Shown piece after piece: positions 46,664 through 55,438 of a DNA stretch of 64,000 bases. The stretch is from Aeriscardovia sp. (GTDB lineage: Bacteria > Actinomycetota > Actinomycetes > Actinomycetales > Bifidobacteriaceae). A program made the position numbers and the translations under genes. The stretch's first letter is position 1. Each line of letters opens with the position of its first letter. The DNA is taken from assembly GCA_017632535.1 (NCBI GenBank), contig JAGBRC010000009.1, positions 6,162 through 70,161 of the forward strand. The letters are read 5' to 3'. A model generated the notes under the pieces. It was given only the letters and a program-made list of their open reading frames with translations, was not told the origin of the DNA and made no database searches.

Positions 46664-48112
46664 TTAGGATATGACGTGGTCAAAAATAGCTCCGGAGCCC
46701 GTCTGTCCGGCTTCACCTTCGTTTCCGATGCTTTCTATCATCACTCTGTCTCCCTTGGAGAGTCCGAGCTCTTTAAGCTTGGAATCTATCTTGAAGAAGA
46801 CGTCTTTGGAAGGTGTGAGAAGCTCCTTGTCAAAGACTGCGAAAGTGCCCCAGAAGAGGGAGAGCTGGTAGTAAGCCTTCTCGCTGGGAGTGAAGGCGTA
46901 AATCGGGATGGAGGGGCGGAACTTAGCCGTAGCTGCGACAGGATCGCAGGAATCGCAAATTACAACCATAGCTTTTGCCCCCCTGGCCCGGGCGGCTTGG
47001 AGCGCGGCAGAAGAGAGGGCCTCCTGGCCATCGCCTTTCCTGGCATCAATCTCTGGGATGAGGCTGTAGGCGTGCTCAGAAGTGTACTCCGAAATCTTGG
47101 CCATGGTGGCTACGACCCTGCCGGGATCGGCGCCTACGGCCGTCTCGTTGCTTGTCATAGTGCAGTCGCAGCCGTCCAGAATGGCGTTGGCGCAGTCAGA
47201 GGCCTCGGCCCTGGTGGGAAGGGGGTTCGAAATCATGGAGCTGAGCATTTCGGTGGCCATTATCACGGGCTTTGCATAGTAGCGGCTCATGGACACCAGC
47301 TTCTTGTCGATGACTGGAACTTCCCAGAATGGAAGTTCGACCGCCAGATCCCCCCTGGCGCACATGATCCCCTGGGAGGCCTTTACAATCTCTTCCATGT
47401 TTTCTATGGCTTCGGGCTTTTCCATCTTCACTATTATCGGTAAAAGCAGCCCTTTTTCTTCCATGATCTTCTTTGCCGAATCCAGGTCTGCGGCCTTCCT
47501 GACAAAGCTCATGGCGATCATGTCGACATCGTGGTCCAAAGCCCACCTGAGGTCTTCTTCATCCTTTTCAGTGAGGGCCGGAGAGGAAATCTCGACTCCG
47601 GGAAGGTTTATGCCCTTGTGGCTGGAAAGGCGTCCAGGTGTGAGGACGCGGGTCAGGATTTTGTTTCCTTCTACCGCCTTTACTTCAAGCCTTACGAGCC
47701 CGTCGTTTAGAAGTAGTATGTCTCCTGGCTTCACGTCTTCGGGCAGCTCCTTGTAGGTGCAGCTCACCCCTTCCTTGGTGCCGATGATGTCATCGGAAGT
47801 GATGAAAAAGTCCTGTCCCTTTTCGAGGAGGACTTCGTCTTTGCCTTCCGCGTTCTTCTCAAACCATCCGCAGCGGATTTTGGGGCCTTGGAAGTCGGCC
47901 ATGATTCCCACGTTCTTGCCCACGTTTTTGCGGGCCGCCTTTATGTTGTTCAAAATCTCCAGGTGCTGTTCGGGAGTGCCGTGGGAGAAGTTCAGCCTCG
48001 CCACATCCATTCCGTTGCGCATAAGGGTCTCAAGCATTTCCACGCTGTCGCATGCGGGGCCTATAGTGCAGACGATTTTGCCCATCCTCATAGGGGAAAC
48101 CTCGTTTCTCAT
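46664..48112 (-). CDS. pyk: pyruvate kinase
   Basis: 482 aa. GKIVCTIGPA, ARLNFSHG, GPKIR, MVARGDL-like CARGDLAVE and MLSSM motifs. The ATG at 48112 forms an ATGA overlap with the terC stop; ATG 48091 is an alternative start. Confidence 0.95.
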   Translation of the reverse strand: MRNEVSPMRMGKIVCTIGPACDSVEMLETLMRNGMDVARLNFSHGTPEQHLEILNNIKAARKNVGKNVGIMADFQGPKIRCGWFEKNAEGKDEVLLEKGQDFFITSDDIIGTKEGVSCTYKELPEDVKPGDILLLNDGLVRLEVKAVEGNKILTRVLTPGRLSSHKGINLPGVEISSPALTEKDEEDLRWALDHDVDMIAMSFVRKAADLDSAKKIMEEKGLLLPIIVKMEKPEAIENMEEIVKASQGIMCARGDLAVELPFWEVPVIDKKLVSMSRYYAKPVIMATEMLSSMISNPLPTRAEASDCANAILDGCDCTMTSNETAVGADPGRVVATMAKISEYTSEHAYSLIPEIDARKGDGQEALSSAALQAARARGAKAMVVICDSCDPVAATAKFRPSIPIYAFTPSEKAYYQLSLFWGTFAVFDKELLTPSKDVFFKIDSKLKELGLSKGDRVMIESIGNEGEAGQTGSGAIFDHVIS

Positions 48113-49089
48113 TTTTCAGATTTGCTCTTACCCCCTAATTTTACCTTTGATTTTCTTGAAGCCACGAGGCTGAGAAGGGTGCAAAGAGCGAGGATGGAGG
48201 AAATTACGCACAAAGTCACCCAGGAGGGGATGGGGGGAATGGGGAGAGGGCGCCCCCCGTTGATGAATTTTAAGGAGTTTGAGGAGAGGGCTTCCAGGAA
48301 GAGTTTTACTCCTATAAAGCCCAAGATGACCGAGATTCCGAGCGGCAGAAACTTTAGGGAGGACAGGCCCTTTATAAGGAGGCAGTAAAGCTCTTTTAGG
48401 CCAATTAAGGCAAAGAAATTGGATGTGAAGACGACGAAGACGTTTGTAGTTATGCCCAGTATTGCCGGAATGGAGTCTAAAGAGAAAAAGGCGTCGGCCA
48501 GGGCGATGGAGGCAAAGGCCAAAAGGAGGGGGGTAAATACGAGCTTTCCTTCGTCTCTGTAAAAAAGCTTTTTTCCCCTGTAATTTCCATGCGGAAGGAT
48601 TCTGGAGACTTTTTGCAAAAGCCTCCCCTTCCTTTTTCCTTCACCTCCTTTTTTCTTAAAAAAGCTCGCCGCATTTTTTGCCGCCACTGCTATTAGAAAA
48701 GCTCCGCAGGGGAAGAAAAGGAAGGAGAAATCCGAGAGCAGCCGCGCCCCCAGGACTATTAGAACCAGCCTTATTAGGACGGCGAGAAAGATTCCCACCG
48801 ACAGACTCCAATTTGAAAGGGAGTCGGGAACTTTGAAAAATTGCAAAATCAACCCGTAGATGAAAAGGTTGTCTACGGACAGGGAGTACTCGGTGATGTA
48901 GCCCGAAAAGAAGTTCAAGGAATCTTTGAGGGAGATGGCGGAAAGGATCCAGCCAAAGGCCGCGGCGCACCCCACTAAAATTATCAGCCGGATGGCCGCA
49001 GACTTGAGGGAGAGCGACTTTGAACTCCAGTACATGTCAAAAAAGAACAGGGCGAAAATGCAGGCGAGGGAAATAATTTTAAAGGCCAT
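48109..49089 (-). CDS. TerC-family integral membrane protein
   Basis: 326 aa, polytopic. EYSLSVDNLFIY and FSLDSIPAILGIT match the duplicated TerC motifs. Confidence 0.8.
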   Translation of the reverse strand: MAFKIISLACIFALFFFDMYWSSKSLSLKSAAIRLIILVGCAAAFGWILSAISLKDSLNFFSGYITEYSLSVDNLFIYGLILQFFKVPDSLSNWSLSVGIFLAVLIRLVLIVLGARLLSDFSFLFFPCGAFLIAVAAKNAASFFKKKGGEGKRKGRLLQKVSRILPHGNYRGKKLFYRDEGKLVFTPLLLAFASIALADAFFSLDSIPAILGITTNVFVVFTSNFFALIGLKELYCLLIKGLSSLKFLPLGISVILGFIGVKLFLEALSSNSLKFINGGRPLPIPPIPSWVTLCVISSILALCTLLSLVASRKSKVKLGGKSKSEK

Positions 49090-49094
49090 GGGAA

Positions 49095-51092
49095 CTACTT
49101 TTTAAAGCTTTTTAAATCTACTCCCATTTCTTCCAGCTCATCTCTGAGTGCTGCCGCCAGCTCGAACTCCATATTCTTTGATGCCTCCATCATCTTTTCG
49201 TAAAGTTCTTCGGGGGAAGCGGGACCGCCCCCTTCCCTTGCGGGGGCTGCAAAGCGCTTTTTGGAAGGCTTTTCCTTCTTTTCTACGAGGGCGGGGGCGG
49301 CGGCCTTTTTTTCTATAGACTTGGGGACTATCCCCCTTTTTTCGTTCCAAGCCTGCTGCTTTTTCCTCCTCCTCTCCGTCTCCTTTATCGCCTCGCGCAT
49401 GGCCGCCGTGACAGAGGAGGCGTACATTATCACGGTCCCGTCCACATTCCTGGCCGCCCTTCCTATGATTTGGATGAGGCTGGTAAAGGACCTGAGGAAC
49501 CCTTCCTTGTCCGCATCCAAAATGGCTACCAGGGAGACGGAGGGTAGGTCCAGGCCCTCCCTGAGGAGGTTGATTCCGACTACGGCGTCAAGTTTGCCAT
49601 CTTTTAATTTGTTTAGGATTTCCAACCTGTCTAGGGTGGGGATGTCGGAGTGAAGGTACTCCGACTTTATCCCTTCTTCCCGGAAGAAGGTGGACAGATC
49701 CTCTGCCATTTTCTTGGTGAGGGTGGTGACGAGGGCCTTCTCCCCTTTTTTCTTCCTCCTCTTTATTTCCTCTATCAGGTCCCGCACCTGGCCTTTCTCG
49801 CTTCGCACCTCCACTTTTGGATCCAGAAGGCCGGTGGGCCTGATGATCTGTTCAACCTTTTCCCCTCCAGTCCTCTCGAGCTCCAGAGGTCCGGGGGTTG
49901 CCGAAAGGTAGAGGGTTTGGCCGCGTTTGGCGTCAAATTCCTCCTCGGTCAGCGGCCTGTTGTCGCAGGCGCTGGGTAGGCGGAATCCGTATTCTACCAA
50001 GGTCCTTTTGCGGCTTCTGTCACCCTCAAACATGGCCCGGATCTGTGGGAGGGTTATATGGGATTCGTCTATCACGGTGAGAAAGTCTTTGGGGAAGAAA
50101 TCCAGAAGGGTGCTCGGCGGTTCGCCCTCTTTCCTTCCATCGAAGAACCTGGAATAGTTCTCAATTCCGGGGCAAAAGCCGATATTTTTGATGGATTCCA
50201 AGTCGAAATTGACTCGCTCTTCCAGCCTTTCTGCCTCAAGGAGCTTGCCCTGGGATCTGAAAAGTTCAAGCTGCCCCTTGAGCTCTTCTTCGATTTCCCC
50301 TGTAGCCCTATTCCTTTGCTCTTCGCTGGAGACGTACTCTGTGGCCGGAAATATGGCTACAGACTGCGGCCTCTCTTTCACCTCCCCCGTAGTAGGATCT
50401 AGGATTTCCAGCTCATCTACTTCATCTCCGAAAAGATCTATTCTGACTACGCTGTCCATATAGGCCGGGATTATGTCGACGGTCCCGCCTCGGACCCTAA
50501 AGCACCCCCTCTGCAAGTTAGCGTCGTTCCTCTTGTACTGCATGGAGACGAACTTTCTCAAAAGATCTTGGCGGTTTACCTTGTCCCCTGCAGAAATGCT
50601 GAGCATCTGGGCGAGATACTCTTTCGGAGATCCCAGTCCGTAGAGGCAGGAAACCGTGCAGACGACTATGCAGTCGCTCCGGGTGAGGACGGCGGCCGTG
50701 GCGGCGTGCCTGAGCCTGTCCACCTCTTCGTTGATAGAGGCGTCCTTTTCTATATGGGTATCGCTTTGGGGTATATAGGCTTCAGGCTGATAGTAGTCGT
50801 AGTAGCTGACGAAGTAGTTTACCGAGTTTTGCGGGAAAAGGGCGCGAAGTTCTTGGCACATCTGCGCCGCTAGGGTTTTATTGGGTTCTATTACCAAAGT
50901 GGGCTTGTTTAGTTTTTCTATGGCCCACGCCGCCGTCGCGCTCTTTCCGGTCCCCGTGGCGCCCATGAGCACTACGTCCCTCTGGCCGGATTTAAACCTT
51001 TCGGCGATCTCTTCTATCGCCTGCGGCTGGTCGCCGGACGGCTTCCAATCTTTATTGACTTTAAAATCTTTGCGCAGTTTCTGTATGTCCAT
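49095..51092 (-). CDS. uvrB: excinuclease ABC subunit B
   Basis: 665 aa. GDQPQAIEEI, GATGTGKSAT, DESH box (VIDESHITLPQ), helicase motifs, and a C-terminal UVR domain (MEFELAAALRDELEEM). Confidence 0.97.
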   Translation of the reverse strand: MDIQKLRKDFKVNKDWKPSGDQPQAIEEIAERFKSGQRDVVLMGATGTGKSATAAWAIEKLNKPTLVIEPNKTLAAQMCQELRALFPQNSVNYFVSYYDYYQPEAYIPQSDTHIEKDASINEEVDRLRHAATAAVLTRSDCIVVCTVSCLYGLGSPKEYLAQMLSISAGDKVNRQDLLRKFVSMQYKRNDANLQRGCFRVRGGTVDIIPAYMDSVVRIDLFGDEVDELEILDPTTGEVKERPQSVAIFPATEYVSSEEQRNRATGEIEEELKGQLELFRSQGKLLEAERLEERVNFDLESIKNIGFCPGIENYSRFFDGRKEGEPPSTLLDFFPKDFLTVIDESHITLPQIRAMFEGDRSRKRTLVEYGFRLPSACDNRPLTEEEFDAKRGQTLYLSATPGPLELERTGGEKVEQIIRPTGLLDPKVEVRSEKGQVRDLIEEIKRRKKKGEKALVTTLTKKMAEDLSTFFREEGIKSEYLHSDIPTLDRLEILNKLKDGKLDAVVGINLLREGLDLPSVSLVAILDADKEGFLRSFTSLIQIIGRAARNVDGTVIMYASSVTAAMREAIKETERRRKKQQAWNEKRGIVPKSIEKKAAAPALVEKKEKPSKKRFAAPAREGGGPASPEELYEKMMEASKNMEFELAAALRDELEEMGVDLKSFKK

Positions 51093-51145
51093 TTTCTACC
51101 TGTTTTGAAGGGGGCATCCACCCCGATCAATGGTAGTCTGGAAAG

Positions 51146-52609
51146 CTACGCTTCTTCGGAGAGCTGCTCCTTAAGTTCGGCGAGCTTGTCGTTGTGCAGA
51201 AGGGAGCTGCGAGCCCCTTCTTCGCCGGAGGCCTCGATGGCCTTGGGGGCCTCGGCCTCTTTCTCCTTTTCGGCGCTTTCGAGCTCGTGAGCCCTCTGCT
51301 TTACCACAAACTGCCTGTGCTCCAGCCAGAGGTTCCTGGCGGCCGCATATTCGGCCTCCCACTCTTCCCTCTGCTTTTCGTAACCGGGGAGCCACTCATT
51401 GGATTCTGGATCGAACCCTTCGGGGTACTTGTAGTTCCCGTTCTCGTCGTATTCTGCGGTCATGCCGTAGAGGGCGGGGTCGAAGTCATCGGAGGCGAGG
51501 TTTACAGAGTCGTTGGCCTGCTTAAGGCTGAGAGAGACCCTGCACCTGTCGAGATCCACATCTATTACCTTGACGAAGATTTCCTCGCCCTGGGAGACTA
51601 CGGAAGCCGGATTGGCGATGTGGTGATCGGTTAGCTCGGAAATGTGTATGAGTCCTTCGATTTCGTCCGCCAGGGATACGAATACCCCGAACTGCACGAT
51701 CTTTGTGACCTTCCCCTTGACGATCTGGCCCGGAACGTGGGTGCGGGCGAAGCGCTGCCAAGGATCTTCCTGGGTGGCCTTTAGAGAGAGGCTGATCCTC
51801 TCCCTTTCGACGTCTATGTCCAAGACCTCAACTGTCACCTTTTGCCCGACTTTCACCACGTCGGAGGGATGGTCTATGTGCTTCCAGCTGAGCTCTGAGA
51901 CGTGGATGAGGCCGTCTACCCCGCCCAGGTCTACAAAGGCGCCAAACTGAACGATGGAGCTGACCACGCCTTCGCAGATCTGGCCCTTCTTGAGCTGGTT
52001 CATGAAGGCTTCGCGAACCTCGGACTGGGTCTCCTCGAGGTACTGCCTGCGGGAGAGGACGACATTGTTGCGGTTCTTGTCCAATTCCAAAATCTTGGCC
52101 TTGATGGTCTGGCCAATGTAGGGGGTGAGATCTCTCACCCTCCTCATCTCCACCAGGGACGCGGGAAGGAATCCGCGAAGGCCGATGTCGACTATGAGGC
52201 CGCCCTTGACGGTTTCGATGATGGTGCCTTCCACCACGCCGTCGGCTTCCTTGATCTTCTCAATCTCTCCCCAAGCGCGCTCGTACTGCGCCCTCTTCTT
52301 GGAGAGCATGAGGCGGCCCTCTTTGTCTTCCTTGGTGATGACGAGGGCCTCAATCTCGTCTCCGAGCTTTACCACGTCCTCAGGATCGGCGTCCTTCTTT
52401 ATGGAAAGCTCCTTGGCCGGGATGACACCTTCCGTCTTGTAGCCGATATCAAGCAGCACTTCGTCGCGCCCTATCTGAACGACGGAGCCTGTCACCAGAT
52501 CCCCCTCGTTGAAGTTCTTTACGGTGCTGCTTACGGCCTTTATAAGGTCTTCCTTCGTGCCGATGTCGTTTACGGCTACCTGGGGCACGTCATGCAAATT
52601 TTCTGTCAT
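51146..52609 (-). CDS. rpsA: 30S ribosomal protein S1
   Basis: 487 aa with four or more S1/OB repeats (GDLVTGSVVQIGRDEVLLDIGYKTEGVIP, VEGTIIETVKGGLIVDIG, GVVSSIVQFGAFVDLGG, KGKVTKIVQFGVFVSL). Confidence 0.96.
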   Translation of the reverse strand: MTENLHDVPQVAVNDIGTKEDLIKAVSSTVKNFNEGDLVTGSVVQIGRDEVLLDIGYKTEGVIPAKELSIKKDADPEDVVKLGDEIEALVITKEDKEGRLMLSKKRAQYERAWGEIEKIKEADGVVEGTIIETVKGGLIVDIGLRGFLPASLVEMRRVRDLTPYIGQTIKAKILELDKNRNNVVLSRRQYLEETQSEVREAFMNQLKKGQICEGVVSSIVQFGAFVDLGGVDGLIHVSELSWKHIDHPSDVVKVGQKVTVEVLDIDVERERISLSLKATQEDPWQRFARTHVPGQIVKGKVTKIVQFGVFVSLADEIEGLIHISELTDHHIANPASVVSQGEEIFVKVIDVDLDRCRVSLSLKQANDSVNLASDDFDPALYGMTAEYDENGNYKYPEGFDPESNEWLPGYEKQREEWEAEYAAARNLWLEHRQFVVKQRAHELESAEKEKEAEAPKAIEASGEEGARSSLLHNDKLAELKEQLSEEA

Positions 52610-52638
52610 GAAAGAGTGTTTCTTTTTAGTAGTGATAC

Positions 52639-52660
52639 TCTGCCCCTCCTCGGGGGCAGA
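52639..52660 (-). promoter_or_regulatory. stem-loop in the folD-rpsA spacer (rpsA leader structure or folD attenuating hairpin)
   Basis: 8-bp stem TCTGCCCC/GGGGCAGA with a 6-nt loop, ending 29 nt upstream of the rpsA ATG. No adjacent U-run on the transcribed strand. Confidence 0.25.
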
Positions 52661-52734
52661 AGACCCAGAAACACGGGAGGGCCGGCGGCCCGGGAGGCGG
52701 GCAGGAAAGCCTCTAGAGAGAACTTACTGACTTA

Positions 52735-53586
52735 TCATAAGTCATTTTGACCTTTTGCCAAACTTGAGCTGAGGTCCAAAACATTGGACAGGAGCATCGC
52801 CCGTGTCATGGGCCCCACCCCTCCGGGAACGGTGGTGTAAAAAGAGGCGCTTTCAAAACAGGCCGGATCGAAGTCTCCCATAAGCCTTCCGCCCTCTACG
52901 GAAAACCCCACATCCACCAGGACCTGCCCCCCGGAGAGGAAGGAGGGTTTTATAAAGTGCCCCTTTCCGACGCAGGAGATCACAATCTCGGCCCTTTTAG
53001 TGAATTTTTTGAGATCTTTCGTGCGGCTGTGGACCAGGGTGACGGTGGCGTTCTTGGATGAAAGAAAGCTTGCGATAGGCCTCCCGGACGTAAGCCCCCT
53101 GCCTATTACGCAAACTTCCTTTCCCTCCACCCCTATCTTCTCGGATTGGAGCATGGACCAGACGGCAAGGGCCGTGCAGGGGACAGTTCGGGGCCTTCCT
53201 GCCTCGAGGCGCAGGGCGCAGATGGGGCCTAGCCCGTCGGCGTCCTTTTCCTGCCGTATTTTGGAAAGGACGGGAATGGGATCCTGGCCGGGGAGAGGGA
53301 GCTGGACTATGAAGGCCGAAACGGAGGGATCGGCGTTGCACGCCTCCACCGCTTCTTCCACCTCCCTTTGGGAGGCTCCTTCAGGGAGGGTGAGGCGCGA
53401 AAAGCCGATGCCCACCTTTTTGCAATCCCTCTCCTTTCCTCCGACATAGGAGGCAGATCCGGGATCTTCTCCCACCATCACCACTCTGAGGGAAGGGAAG
53501 ATCCCTCTGACCTTCAGCGCCTCGGCCCTCTCCTTCATTCCCTCAAAAGCCTTGTCGGCCAAGGCGCGCCCGTCAATTTTCCCCAT
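52735..53586 (-). CDS. folD: bifunctional methylenetetrahydrofolate dehydrogenase/cyclohydrolase
   Basis: 283 aa. LRVVMVGEDPGSASYV, AFIVQLPLP, GRGLTSGRPIA and PGGVGPMT motifs. Confidence 0.95.
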   Translation of the reverse strand: MGKIDGRALADKAFEGMKERAEALKVRGIFPSLRVVMVGEDPGSASYVGGKERDCKKVGIGFSRLTLPEGASQREVEEAVEACNADPSVSAFIVQLPLPGQDPIPVLSKIRQEKDADGLGPICALRLEAGRPRTVPCTALAVWSMLQSEKIGVEGKEVCVIGRGLTSGRPIASFLSSKNATVTLVHSRTKDLKKFTKRAEIVISCVGKGHFIKPSFLSGGQVLVDVGFSVEGGRLMGDFDPACFESASFYTTVPGGVGPMTRAMLLSNVLDLSSSLAKGQNDL

Positions 53587-54078
53587 TTATTTTTTTTCTT
53601 CCGCTTCTTTATCCTCTTCGGCGAAAAGGCGGGCGACTTCGCCTTTGTCCAAATTCTTGCTGACGGCGATTTCAGTGTAGAGGATGTCTCTGGCCTGGGC
53701 GAGAATCTTTTTCTCTCCATTGGCCATGTCCGCATCCTTCCTAGACAGGTCCCTTATGACTTCGGCCACCTTTGCCAGGTCCCCGCTGTATATCTTTTCC
53801 TGATTAGCCTTGAACCTTTTGGACCAGTTCATCTTTTTCTCTTCGCTTCTTTCGGTTTTGAGAAGCTCCAAGATCTTGTCCGCCTCTTCTGGGGCGATGA
53901 CGTCTCTGACCCCGATCTTTTCCAAATCGTCTATTGGAACCATGATTGTCAAATCGTTGCTGAGATCCGATATGGTCCTCAGCTCTATATAGACTGTGTC
54001 GTCTCTATTCTCAGTCCCTATCACTTTGCAACATCCGTGTCTGGGATAGACAACGATGTCTCCCTCGCTGTAAGACAT
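53587..54078 (-). CDS. carD: CarD-family transcriptional regulator
   Basis: 163 aa. GDIVVYPRHGCCKVIG (Tudor-like RNAP-interacting domain) and a C-terminal helical domain. Stops directly against the folD start. Confidence 0.9.
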   Translation of the reverse strand: MSYSEGDIVVYPRHGCCKVIGTENRDDTVYIELRTISDLSNDLTIMVPIDDLEKIGVRDVIAPEEADKILELLKTERSEEKKMNWSKRFKANQEKIYSGDLAKVAEVIRDLSRKDADMANGEKKILAQARDILYTEIAVSKNLDKGEVARLFAEEDKEAEEKK

Positions 54079-54241
54079 ATCATCCTCTGGGCTCTGTCGA
54101 AACGGGGGCGCACTGCGCCTTTTCTTTTAATATTAGATTGTTTCCCTGAGCAAAATCTACGATCTTAGGATTTTAATGATTTTTTTAGTTTTTTTGTCAC
54201 AAAATCGGGATTTAAAAGTGGATTTGGCAAAAGGAGGAAGG

Positions 54242-54964
54242 ATGGTGGAGTCTGAAAAGCGGCTCTCGGAGGGCAGGATTGTGATTGCCGAAAGCGATTT
54301 TCAGCTCCGTGCCGCCATGTCTGCGAGGCTGGGGCGCTGGAAAGGATGGAAAGTGATTGCCTTCGCAGGAGGGCGGCAAGCTTTGGTGGCGGCGGCGCAG
54401 TTTGAGCCGGATCTGGCGGTAGTGGACGGGGAACTTTGCGATGCGGATGGAAGGGAAATATTGAAAGCCATTCTCTTGCAATCGGATCCTTTGTCCGTCT
54501 TAGTGTCTTCTAGGCGCGAAGAGGCAGACAAGATCATAGGTCTGGGAATTGGCGCAGATGCCTACATTGAAAAGCCCGCATCCGCGCGGGAGATAGAGGC
54601 CGTGTGCAAGGCTTTAGTCAGGCGCATGGAAAAGACGCTGGCCAGGAAGCAAACTAGGTTATTGAAAGTGGGGGATCTGTCAATAAGCCCAAAGGAGAGG
54701 GAGGTGCGGATGGGGGAAAGGGAGGTTAAGCTTACAAAAACCGAATTCGACATTCTTCTCACTCTAGCTGAGCGTCCCGGGGAAGCCGTCGAGCGGGCAA
54801 GACTGGCAGAAAAGCTCCGCGAAGGATCGGACTTCGCCTCAAACCGCTTTGTAGACACCCATATTAAATCCCTTAGAAAGAAACTTGGGCCTTCGGTTGT
54901 GCGGACTGTGAGAGGAATAGGCTACGCGCTGAAGATAACAAATGGAAAGGAGGGTGGGCAGTGA
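54242..54964 (+). CDS. OmpR/PhoB-family response regulator (no histidine kinase adjacent)
   Basis: ORF trimmed to the ATG preceded by AAGGAGG. Receiver residues are present (AESD, LAVVDGEL, VLVSS, YIEKP). C-terminal winged helix (LTKTEFDILLTLAERPGEAV, FVDTHIKSLRKKL, VRGIGYAL). Confidence 0.88.
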   Translation: MVESEKRLSEGRIVIAESDFQLRAAMSARLGRWKGWKVIAFAGGRQALVAAAQFEPDLAVVDGELCDADGREILKAILLQSDPLSVLVSSRREEADKIIGLGIGADAYIEKPASAREIEAVCKALVRRMEKTLARKQTRLLKVGDLSISPKEREVRMGEREVKLTKTEFDILLTLAERPGEAVERARLAEKLREGSDFASNRFVDTHIKSLRKKLGPSVVRTVRGIGYALKITNGKEGGQ

Positions 54965-55356
54965 AGGATCGCCACGATCGGGGTAGGCGGGGAGCTTTCG
55001 GAAGGAGTGTGCCTTACTACCGCACGAGGAGCGGAAAGTTTGAAAGGCTGGCAAGCTTTCAAATGCGCAGGCTCTGGAGAAAAGACGAAAGGTTTCCAAA
55101 GATGGTGGAAGTGCAAATTCGGGAGTTCCCTCCCCTTTCTGCCCTAGAAACCGGGGAAGGGGTATATTCCGCTGTCGAAGAGGGAGCGGGCGGGGGGAAA
55201 AGTGTCATTATCCTTTACAGCAGAACTTTGCAAGAAAACTGCCGGGAGGAAGAGTCTCTAGGCGACGCCATAGGTGAAGAAATGGTGGCCAGGCTCGCCG
55301 AGATCTTTGGGGAGCGTCCCGAAGACATAGATCCCGACTTCGGTCTCGATTCTTAA
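54961..55356 (+). CDS. hypothetical protein, possibly a zincin-like (DUF1025 metallopeptidase-family) fold without an HExxH motif
   Basis: 131-aa ORF whose GTG overlaps the regulator stop (GTGA). The C-terminal pattern SVIILYSRTL...LGDAIGEEMVARLAEIFGERPEDIDPDF resembles, from memory, small actinobacterial proteins annotated as metallopeptidase family. ARLAE sits where HExxH would be. The family call is tentative. Confidence 0.4.
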   Translation: MKDRHDRGRRGAFGRSVPYYRTRSGKFERLASFQMRRLWRKDERFPKMVEVQIREFPPLSALETGEGVYSAVEEGAGGGKSVIILYSRTLQENCREEESLGDAIGEEMVARLAEIFGERPEDIDPDFGLDS

Positions 55357-55438
55357 AGCACAGCTCATGTATTTTCCCTACTATAAAATTTAGATTTGAA
55401 CTCCTGCGGCCCTCCGGGCGGCCCGAAGAAAGGATGCA

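Noticed and set aside
49090-49094. Expected a yybP-ykoY (manganese) riboswitch upstream of the TerC-family gene.
   Set aside because: Only 5 nt separate the uvrB stop from the TerC start, so there is no room for a leader RNA. The gene is evidently co-transcribed with uvrB.
54079-54241. AT-rich 163-bp spacer between carD and the response regulator, containing a small GGCGC-ACT-GCGCC hairpin plus a T-run. I considered it as an sRNA or a terminator.
   Set aside because: It lies between divergent gene starts, so there is nothing to terminate on the + strand. It is most simply a divergent promoter region, and the 5-bp stem is weak.
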